DNA of 7,664 nucleotides from a virus (Duplodnaviria > Heunggongvirae > Uroviricota > Caudoviricetes). The stretch lies in IMG/VR virus record IMGVR_UViG_2537562019_000010. One strand, 5' to 3'. Of this stretch, positions 1 to 6,263 are shown piece by piece (position 1 is the stretch's first letter; every line of letters starts with the position of its first letter). The notes under the pieces are model-generated. The model was given only the letters and a program-made list of their open reading frames with translations, did not search any database and was not told where the DNA came from. A program made the translations under genes and the position numbers.

Positions 1-141
1 CGACTGTTCAACGACTGTCGCTGTTTTTTTCGCATCACTTTCCGTACCGGAAAAATGACGCCTGACTCTGGCCATCTGCTCGTCAAATCTGGCCGCATCC
101 AGACTCAAATCAACGACCAGATCGCCTACCGGTTCAGCCAT
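1..141 (-). CDS. H: Tail tape-measure protein H, N-terminal fragment (gene continues past window start)
   Basis: Minus-strand translation from ATG at 139-141 reads MAEPVGDLVVDLSLDAARFDEQMARVRRHFSGTESDAKKTATVVEQS, which matches my recollection of the lambda gpH N-terminus. The start overlaps the T stop (ATGGCTGA), as in lambda. Too short in-window to appear in the ORF track. Confidence 0.78.
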   Translation of the reverse strand, partial: MAEPVGDLVVDLSLDAARFDEQMARVRRHFSGTESDAKKTATVVEQS

Positions 142-568
142 ACCGGACTCCTCCTGCGATCCCTTCTGATACTGTCATCAGCATTACGTCATCCTCCGTC
201 ATGTCCGCCACATCCGGGGAAGCGGGGATAACTTCATTCCCGTCCGGGCCAAAGCGGACGCCTCCGGCAAGCCCTGCCGCTTTCTGCATCAGCACATCAT
301 CTTCAGGCTCTTCGTCAGCCTCGCGCCGGTTCAGCAGACTGAAATCCAGCGGATGCATATCCGGATCGCTGAAAAACAGGCTGAGTACGGTGTACGTCAG
401 CCCGGAAAAGTGCATATCCAGCAGAACATCATGAAAATAATGGGTACTGTAAAAGCGGTGCCAGTCGGCATACTCCGTGGATGACATCCCGGCAAGCATG
501 GCACGCCAGTCGGGTCGCCCCATCTCACGCGCCAGTTTCAGGGCAAAACTCAGCTCACCATCGAACAC
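134..568 (-). CDS. T: Tail assembly chaperone T reading frame (normally made only as a G-T fusion by -1 ribosomal frameshift)
   Basis: ORF track 134..568 (144 aa), MFDGELSFALKLAREMGRPDWRAMLAGMSSTEYADWHRFY..., near-identical to recalled lambda gpT. The apparent GTG 'start' at 566-568 is simply the first codon after the slippery site, not an independent initiation site. Confidence 0.85.
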   Translation of the reverse strand: MFDGELSFALKLAREMGRPDWRAMLAGMSSTEYADWHRFYSTHYFHDVLLDMHFSGLTYTVLSLFFSDPDMHPLDFSLLNRREADEEPEDDVLMQKAAGLAGGVRFGPDGNEVIPASPDVADMTEDDVMLMTVSEGIAGGVRYG

Positions 569-970
569 TTTCCCGCAGAAACAGGCTCTGCAGGCCCGGC
601 GTCCTCTGCCTGTTCAGGAGCATCATTCACAACAAACTCAGACATACCGGACAGACGCACACCACATTTTCAGCATGAGAAATTGCCTCCGTGGGCCAGG
701 TGGTAAGCACTTCCTGCTCAATCTGTTTAACGGCTTCATTCATGGAAGGCAGCTTTGTCTTCTGCGGATGGTTATGCCACAGGGACATCGCCACCAGAAA
801 AGCACCGGTTCTGACGAGTCTTCCACACTAAACTTCCGGTTGCTGTCTGACTCCGCCTGTTCTGCCTGCCGTTTCATCAGGGCGAGATGCTCAATACGCT
901 GCAGGGCTGACAGTTCAGAAAGCGTGACGGTCACACCGTTATGTTCAAATGATTCGGTTTTCAGGAACAT
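550..970 (-). pseudogene. G: Tail assembly chaperone G, apparently disrupted by two 1-bp deletions
   Basis: ORF track 740..970 (76 aa) begins MFLKTESFEHNGVTVTLSELSALQRIEHLALMKRQAEQAESDSNRKF (lambda gpG N-terminus), then diverges and stops at 740. The recognisable gpG sequence continues in a second frame (RTGAFLVAMSLWHNHPQK...AISHAENVV) and then a third (RLSGM.EFVVN.APEQ.EDAGPAEPVSAGK) to a stop at 550. G start to T start is 402 nt (same frame), where the G/T architecture needs 404 nt (T in the -1 frame). Confidence 0.72.
568..574 (-). promoter_or_regulatory. Programmed -1 ribosomal frameshift slippery heptamer GGGAAAG (G to G-T)
   Basis: Minus-strand sequence reads ...GCG GGA AAG TGT TCG..., with GGGAAAG immediately 5' of the first T-frame codon. 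This is the classic lambda G/T slippery site and position. Confidence 0.6.
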
Positions 971-985
971 CGCTGACTCTCCGGA

Positions 986-1726
986 TTAACTGGCGGTGAC
1001 GTTGATTTCTGCAACCGCAGCAAGTTCACCATTACCGGATACGACCGGAATGTTGACCTTGCCTGCAGCAACACCTTTCACGGTGATGGTCATACCACTG
1101 ACCGACACGGTGGCTTTTGTTTTATCCGCAGACACCGCACGGAAGCTCTTGTCGGTTGCGCCTTCCGGCTGGAATGCCACGGTCAGCGTGGTGCTCTGCC
1201 CTTTCACCACCGAAGTGCTGGCAGGCGTCACGGTCATGCCGGTTGCCGCTGTTACCGTGCTGCGATCTTCTGCCATCGACGGACGTCCCACGTTGGTGAC
1301 TTTCACCGTGCGGGTGATCACTTCCTTCGCCGTCACCGCCTTACCGATACTGCTGACCCAGCCGCGGAACACATCGACCGTGCCGTTCGGGAAGCGGATT
1401 TTATAGGCACGGGTATCCCCTTCATTAAACCACGCCAGCAGCGCCTGCTGCCCCTGCTCTCCGGGCATCCACGCCAGCGTGAAGCTGGTATCTCCGGCAG
1501 ATTTCTGCCCCTGCCCGGTCGCAGTCCAGTCCGCATCTTCATCATCGAGATAGCTGTCGTCATAGGACTCAGCGGTCAGTTCGCCGGGCGTCAGGTCTTT
1601 AACCTTTGCCAGACGCGACCAGTCAACGTCTGAAAGCGGGTTCGCATAAGGGTCACCGCTCCCGTTATAAACCCACAGTGTGGTCCCGGCCCCTTTCACC
1701 GGTGCCAGAGGATTTGGTGTTGGCAT
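986..1726 (-). CDS. V: Major tail tube protein V (246 aa) with C-terminal Ig-like domain
   Basis: ORF track 986..1756. Lambda gpV homology begins at [20 protein letters not shown]..., so the start is placed at the ATG at 1724-1726, preceded by GAGGA. Length is 246 aa as in lambda. The C-terminal ~90 aa look like the Ig-like domain ([52 protein letters not shown]). Confidence 0.9.
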   Translation of the reverse strand: MPTPNPLAPVKGAGTTLWVYNGSGDPYANPLSDVDWSRLAKVKDLTPGELTAESYDDSYLDDEDADWTATGQGQKSAGDTSFTLAWMPGEQGQQALLAWFNEGDTRAYKIRFPNGTVDVFRGWVSSIGKAVTAKEVITRTVKVTNVGRPSMAEDRSTVTAATGMTVTPASTSVVKGQSTTLTVAFQPEGATDKSFRAVSADKTKATVSVSGMTITVKGVAAGKVNIPVVSGNGELAAVAEINVTAS

Positions 1727-1733
1727 ATCGTCC

Positions 1734-2129
1734 TCACATTTCATAGGTAATGACATAAGTCAGATCGGCTGAACTCCACAGGCCCGCATCATCGTCGCGC
1801 CGGTAGTCATAGCCACTGGCCACCATACTGGTGATCAAATCTGACAGTGCCGGGATATCGCTCATCACCGGATAAATCCGGGACTCCATCCACGAATCCA
1901 GCTCTGAATCCGGCACCTGAGCAGGCAGGAAAACTTCAATATGCAGCTCCGCCTGCCAGGTATCGCTGTCCAGCTCTTCGCCCGTGTATTCAGCGCCGGT
2001 GAGATAAACGGCAATTGCCGGAAAATCTTCCTCATCAAAAACAGCGGGGCGACCATCAAAAAGCGTCGCCCCGGTGTCATGCTTCTCCAGTGCATCCAGT
2101 ACGGCTGCACGGAGTTCAGTATGTTTCAT
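1734..2129 (-). CDS. U: Tail tube terminator protein U
   Basis: ORF track 1734..2129 (131 aa), [22 protein letters not shown]...LTYVITYEM, lambda gpU length and sequence. The start ATG overlaps the Z stop (ATGA at 2126-2129). Confidence 0.9.
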   Translation of the reverse strand: MKHTELRAAVLDALEKHDTGATLFDGRPAVFDEEDFPAIAVYLTGAEYTGEELDSDTWQAELHIEVFLPAQVPDSELDSWMESRIYPVMSDIPALSDLITSMVASGYDYRRDDDAGLWSSADLTYVITYEM

Positions 2130-2704
2130 CGCTTTATTACCATTCTCAGTTGATGCTGCAGCGCATAGCCCAGCTCTTTCGGAAGACGTTCACGCCGTAT
2201 CCGTTCAATATTCTGTTTAAACGCCGTGGTAAGCGGCACCGCCATCGGGATTTTCACCACATCAATGGGGTAACGGTTTTTCCCGGCCACACGCTGCATG
2301 ACATGCCACCGGCCATTTTTCAGTTGCTGAATAAACGCGCCGGGAATACGACGGTTTCCCACCACAAGCACGCTGCCGCCACCTTTCAGGGATGAACGCT
2401 GCCCCTTTTTACGACGTCTGCGGCGGGAAAGGACAACCCGCGCGTTACCCAGCCTGATTACGGGCAAATCCCCCCGGTTAACCCTGATTCTGGCCTGCGG
2501 ATTTTTGACCGTGGCCCTTTTCAGCCTGGCCCTTTCCTTTACCAGTTTCCGGCGTACCTTTGTCTCACGGGCAACCTGTGCCGCCGACTGCGATATCGCG
2601 GATGAAGCAACGCGGTTAATGGCCATTGCTGACGCACCGGGCACCGCCGTTCTGCTGATACGGCTGAGGTTTTCAACAGCCTGCTCAAGACCTTTTATGG
2701 CCAT
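2126..2704 (-). CDS. Z: Tail completion protein Z
   Basis: ORF track 2126..2704 (192 aa), MAIKGLEQAVENLSRISRTAVPGA...[10 protein letters not shown], matches lambda gpZ in length and sequence. Confidence 0.9.
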   Translation of the reverse strand: MAIKGLEQAVENLSRISRTAVPGASAMAINRVASSAISQSAAQVARETKVRRKLVKERARLKRATVKNPQARIRVNRGDLPVIRLGNARVVLSRRRRRKKGQRSSLKGGGSVLVVGNRRIPGAFIQQLKNGRWHVMQRVAGKNRYPIDVVKIPMAVPLTTAFKQNIERIRRERLPKELGYALQHQLRMVIKR

Positions 2705-2715
2705 ACATCCCCCTT

Positions 2716-3069
2716 TCAGCGGCGACGGTTAACGGCAGGCGGTACGCCCCGTCCAAGCCAGAGATGACAGCTTCCGCCATCATCCGGCGTAACCCGGTCC
2801 ACCCAGAAGTTTTCCTCGCCGATGGTCAGTGTGTCTCCACGCCGCAGCTGCCGCACATCATCAGTCCGGACAAACAGGGACGGGCTGGAGCCTTCAACGC
2901 GCACCCCCTGTCCGGCATAGCTGATATTTTCAGGGTCATCAAAAACACCACGTATCACAGCACCGGACAGCTCACCGGATGTCATGGTGGCTGACGTTCC
3001 CATGTACCCGCGTATCGTTTCATCGGCGCGGGCAATGGCAGCATCGAACAGGTTATCGGAATCAGCCAC
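2716..3069 (-). CDS. FII: Head-tail joining protein FII
   Basis: ORF track 2716..3069 (117 aa), MADSDNLFDAAIARADETIRGYMGTSAT...HLWLGRGVPPAVNRRR, lambda gpFII length and sequence. Confidence 0.9.
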   Translation of the reverse strand: MADSDNLFDAAIARADETIRGYMGTSATMTSGELSGAVIRGVFDDPENISYAGQGVRVEGSSPSLFVRTDDVRQLRRGDTLTIGEENFWVDRVTPDDGGSCHLWLGRGVPPAVNRRR

Positions 3070-3080
3070 AGCGCCTCCCG

Positions 3081-3479
3081 TTATTGCATTCTGGCCAGGC
3101 CACGTTCTGTCATTTCGGCTGCCACACCGGCAGAGACACGAAACGCCGTTCCCGGCAGCACAAATGCCACAGGTTTATCCCGCGTGGCGTGAAGTGCATC
3201 AGTATGCAGCGTCACCAGTGCCACGACCGTGACCAGTTCAGCCGTATCCTGAATCACGGTATCCGGCTGCGCTGATATCACCTCATTTTCATGCCCGGTC
3301 AGCACATTTTCCCGGCTGAGAGGGGTGTCCTGACCGGCAGTTTCATCCGTGTCATCAAGCTCTTCTTCCAGCTCTGCCACACGAAGCGCCAGTTCTTCTT
3401 TCGTTCCCGTCAAACTGATATCGCGGTTCAGTTGCTCACCCAGCTCCTGAAGACGGGCAATCAGTTCATCTTTCGTCAT
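3081..3479 (-). CDS. FI: DNA packaging / head assembly protein FI
   Basis: ORF track 3081..3518, trimmed to the internal ATG (MTKDELIARLQELGEQLNRD...) that matches the lambda gpFI start (132 aa) and is preceded by a strong GGAGGAG RBS. The longer upstream start would lie inside the E/FI hairpin. Confidence 0.86.
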   Translation of the reverse strand: MTKDELIARLQELGEQLNRDISLTGTKEELALRVAELEEELDDTDETAGQDTPLSRENVLTGHENEVISAQPDTVIQDTAELVTVVALVTLHTDALHATRDKPVAFVLPGTAFRVSAGVAAEMTERGLARMQ

Positions 3480-3500
3480 GAACTCCTCCACAGAGAGAAA

Positions 3501-3518
3501 ATGGCCCCGAAGGGCCAT
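3501..3518 (-). terminator. Intergenic stem-loop (7-bp GC-rich stem, UUCG tetraloop on the transcript) just 3' of E, followed by a U/C-rich tract
   Basis: Plus-strand ATGGCCC-CGAA-GGGCCAT is a perfect inverted repeat. On the minus-strand transcript it is AUGGCCC-UUCG-GGGCCAU followed by UUUCUCUCUG and then the FI RBS. Function (partial terminator, RNA stabiliser or attenuator) is inferred. Confidence 0.4.
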
Positions 3519-3520
3519 GA

Positions 3521-4546
3521 TTACGCCAGTTGAACGGACACGAACTCATCAGGATCAGCCAGCAGCATCAGCGGTGCTGACTGAATCATGGTGAACTCAC
3601 GCGCCGGATCGCCGGTGGTCACCCAGTTTTTCGGGTAACGGGCAGAGGCGTTAATGCCTTCGCGCTGTGCGTCCGCATCCTGAATGCAGCCATAGGTGCG
3701 CAGACCGCGAGCCTGAGTGTTCCCCAGCACCATCGTGTTGTCCGGCAGGAAGTTCTTTTTGACGCCGTTTTCCACGTACTGTCCGGAATACACGACGATG
3801 GCCACATCGCCATACATTCCCTTATAGGACACCGCTTTGCCCAGGTCTTTTACCGCTGTCTCCAGCTCGGAATGAGAGCCGCGACGGGTATCCAGCTTCT
3901 CCTTGACGGCTTTGAAGGAACGGAACAGCGCCCAGCCTTTCGGATCAAACACGATGATATTCACCACACCGCTGGCGTTCAGCGCGTAGGCTTCGATATC
4001 GTCGGTCGGGTCATACGTGGACTTGTCGCGCTTGCTCCACCCCGTGCCGCCGGACTGCGTGATGTTATTCGCCGCACTGCGGCCCATATCCACCTCAACC
4101 GGATCGAAGGCTTCACCGGTCATGGTGTATTTGCCCTTAAGCACGGCAGAAACTGCCTGCATCTCTTCGACCTGGGCAATCGCCAGATTTTCGTCACGCA
4201 TGTTCTGCAGGATAATACGGCGACGACGGTAAGCCGGGTCCGCCAGATTCTGCGGATCTTCATCCGGCAGGCGACGCAGGGTCATCTGCGGATTCACCTC
4301 ATGCTTGGGTTTGACATATCCCGGCGTAAATTCAGAGGTGGAGCCGCCACGGGAACGGATAACCTCACCGGAAACAATCGGCGAAACGTACAGCGCCATG
4401 TTTACCAGTCCAGGAATTTGTGAGAGATAGACTTTCTCCGTGGTGAAAGGATAGGTTTCACGGAAAAACAGGCGCAGAAACAGCGGATCGAACTTAAAGT
4501 GATGCTGGGTCGATGCCAGTAATTCTGCAGTTGTATATACAGACAT
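3521..4546 (-). CDS. E: Major capsid protein E (HK97 fold family)
   Basis: ORF track 3521..4546 (341 aa), MSVYTTAELLASTQHHFKFDPLFLRLFFRETYPFTTEKVYLSQIPGLVNMALYVSPIVSGE...DEFVSVQLA, lambda gpE length and near-identical sequence. Confidence 0.95.
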   Translation of the reverse strand: MSVYTTAELLASTQHHFKFDPLFLRLFFRETYPFTTEKVYLSQIPGLVNMALYVSPIVSGEVIRSRGGSTSEFTPGYVKPKHEVNPQMTLRRLPDEDPQNLADPAYRRRRIILQNMRDENLAIAQVEEMQAVSAVLKGKYTMTGEAFDPVEVDMGRSAANNITQSGGTGWSKRDKSTYDPTDDIEAYALNASGVVNIIVFDPKGWALFRSFKAVKEKLDTRRGSHSELETAVKDLGKAVSYKGMYGDVAIVVYSGQYVENGVKKNFLPDNTMVLGNTQARGLRTYGCIQDADAQREGINASARYPKNWVTTGDPAREFTMIQSAPLMLLADPDEFVSVQLA

Positions 4547-4555
4547 AAATTATTT

Positions 4556-4583
4556 CCATAAAAAAAGCCGCACAGGCGGCCTT
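4556..4583 (-). terminator. Intergenic hairpin plus T-run between D stop and E start (intrinsic-terminator-like)
   Basis: Minus-strand reads AAAGGCCGC-CUGU-GCGGC followed by a run of at least 7 U, then the E start region. A GC stem plus U-tract is intrinsic-terminator-like. Coordinates approximate. Confidence 0.4.
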
Positions 4584-4601
4584 TGTTGATGAAGGGGAAG
4601 A

Positions 4602-4934
4602 TTAAACGATGCTGATTGCCGTTCCGGCAAACGCGGTCCGTTTTTTCGTCTCGTCGCTGGCAGCCTCCGGCCAGAGCACATCCTCATAACGGAACGTGCC
4701 GGACTTGTAGAACGTCAGTGTGGTGCTGGTCTGGTCAGCAGCAACTGCAAGAATGCCAACGGCAGCACCGTCGGTGGTGCCATCCCACGCAACCAGCTTA
4801 CGGGTGGAGGTGTCCAGCATCAGCGGGGTCATTGCAGGCGCTTTCGCACTCAACCCGCCGGGCGCGGTTGCGGTATGAGCCGGGTCACTGTTGCCCAGCG
4901 GCTGGTAATGGGTAAAGGTTTCTTTGCTCGTCAT
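4602..4934 (-). CDS. D: Head decoration protein D
   Basis: ORF track 4602..4940. Lambda gpD homology begins at the second Met ([27 protein letters not shown]...AGTAISIV, 110 aa), with AAGGGA upstream. Confidence 0.9.
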   Translation of the reverse strand: MTSKETFTHYQPLGNSDPAHTATAPGGLSAKAPAMTPLMLDTSTRKLVAWDGTTDGAAVGILAVAADQTSTTLTFYKSGTFRYEDVLWPEAASDETKKRTAFAGTAISIV

Positions 4935-4943
4935 AAACATCCC

Positions 4944-5549
4944 TTACACTGGTGTGTTCAGCAAATCGTTAACGGCATCAGATGCCGGGTTACCTGCAGC
5001 CAGCGGTGCCGGTGTACCCTGCATCAGACGATCCAGCGCAGTGTCACTGCGCGCCTGTGCACTCTGTGGTGCTGCAGCCAGAATGCGGCGGGCCGTTTCC
5101 ACGGTCATTCCGGGGGTTTCTGCCAGAACGCGCGCCTGTTCTTCGCGTCCGTGAGCCTCCTCACAGTTGAGGATCCCCATAATGCGGCTGTTTTCTGCCG
5201 CAACCGCAGCGGTGATCTGCGCGTTCACGTCCGGCTGCGCCGCGCTGGCGTTTTCGCCCTCCGTCGCTGGCACCACGTCAGTAACGTCAGCCTGCGAAGC
5301 AGTGGCTGAAACAGTTGTTGATTGAGTCTCTTTGGTCATTCGCCCTCCTGAGAGACGGGATTTATGTGCATCCAGTGCATCACGCATGACGGTGATCGCA
5401 TCGGTGCTGTTAACAAGTTCATCAGCCAGTCCGGCATCAATGGCCTCCTGACCGCTGTACACTGCAGCCTCGGTATCCAGCACAGCCTGCACAGACAGGC
5501 CGGTATATGCCGACACCTTCTGCGCAAACATCCGGCGGGTTGCGTCCAT
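4944..5549 (-). CDS. Nu3: Capsid scaffolding protein Nu3 (in-frame internal start within C; shares the C-terminal 201 aa)
   Basis: Internal Met in the C frame (MDATRRMFAQKVSAYTGLSVQ...) gives a 201-aa product, the same nested arrangement and length as lambda Nu3. Coordinates derived by frame arithmetic from the C stop. Confidence 0.72.
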   Translation of the reverse strand: MDATRRMFAQKVSAYTGLSVQAVLDTEAAVYSGQEAIDAGLADELVNSTDAITVMRDALDAHKSRLSGGRMTKETQSTTVSATASQADVTDVVPATEGENASAAQPDVNAQITAAVAAENSRIMGILNCEEAHGREEQARVLAETPGMTVETARRILAAAPQSAQARSDTALDRLMQGTPAPLAAGNPASDAVNDLLNTPV

Positions 5550-6263
5550 CCGGGACTGCAGTGTCTCCCGGACGTCATCCGGAAGATGGCTGTAAGGATT
5601 GCCATCCACCTTATGGCTGCCGCTGTAAATCAGCGTGATTTCCACGCCCTGTTTCTCCAGGGCAGCACCGTAATTACTGTGAGCCATCATGACGCCGATG
5701 GAGCCTGTCCGGGCGGTCTGCGTGACCAGACGCCGGGAGGCGGCGCTGGCAAGCAGCTGACCTGCACTGCAGTTCATGTCGTTGGCCAGCGCCCATACCG
5801 GTTTTATGTCTCGCACACGGGCGATGATGTCAGCACAGTCAAATGCTCCCGCCACCATCCCGCCCGGTGTGTCCATATCCAGCAGAATGCCGTCCACCAT
5901 CGGATCGCTGGCAGCCTGTTGCAGACGGGCGATAATGCCGTTGTAACCGGTCATCCCCGAATACGGCTGCAGCGCCCGCGTCCGGCTGACCAGCGTGCCG
6001 GACACCGGCAGCACGGCGATGCCGTTCATGACCTGATAACTGCGGGCCTGTCGTGGTCCGTCATCATCACCGGATAACGCCAGCGGCGCGGGTGCCTCTC
6101 CGGCAGTCAGGCTGTCGCCGGACACCGCATCCGTCAGGCGGCTGATCCCAAGCTGGCCTGCAAGCGCACAAAAGAAAACCCGCGCATAGGCGGGTTCAAG
6201 CATCAGCGGCTCATTAAAGGCCATGCTGGCAATATGCGGGAGATTACGCAGCTCTGCTGTCAC
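4944..6263 (-). CDS. C: Capsid assembly / prohead protease C (S49 family)
   Basis: ORF track 4944..6398 is a long open frame. Lambda gpC homology (TAELRNLPHIASMAFNEPLMLEPAYARVFF...) begins at a GTG at 6261-6263, preceded by GGAGGAG, giving 439 aa as in lambda. The extra upstream codons are out-of-frame read-through of the B 3' end. The C start overlaps the B stop by 20 nt, as in lambda. Confidence 0.85.
   Translation of the reverse strand: MTAELRNLPHIASMAFNEPLMLEPAYARVFFCALAGQLGISRLTDAVSGDSLTAGEAPAPLALSGDDDGPRQARSYQVMNGIAVLPVSGTLVSRTRALQPYSGMTGYNGIIARLQQAASDPMVDGILLDMDTPGGMVAGAFDCADIIARVRDIKPVWALANDMNCSAGQLLASAASRRLVTQTARTGSIGVMMAHSNYGAALEKQGVEITLIYSGSHKVDGNPYSHLPDDVRETLQSRMDATRRMFAQKVSAYTGLSVQAVLDTEAAVYSGQEAIDAGLADELVNSTDAITVMRDALDAHKSRLSGGRMTKETQSTTVSATASQADVTDVVPATEGENASAAQPDVNAQITAAVAAENSRIMGILNCEEAHGREEQARVLAETPGMTVETARRILAAAPQSAQARSDTALDRLMQGTPAPLAAGNPASDAVNDLLNTPV

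Noticed and set aside
134-568. T as an independently initiated gene starting at GTG 568
   Set aside because: In lambda-family phages T is expressed only as the G-T fusion through the -1 frameshift. The GTG is the first codon after the slippery heptamer and has no RBS of its own.
1000-1300. Possible repeat or duplicated Ig-like segment at the 3' end of V
   Set aside because: The Thr/Val/Ser-rich region is the known C-terminal Ig-like domain of gpV. I saw no nucleotide-level tandem repeat.
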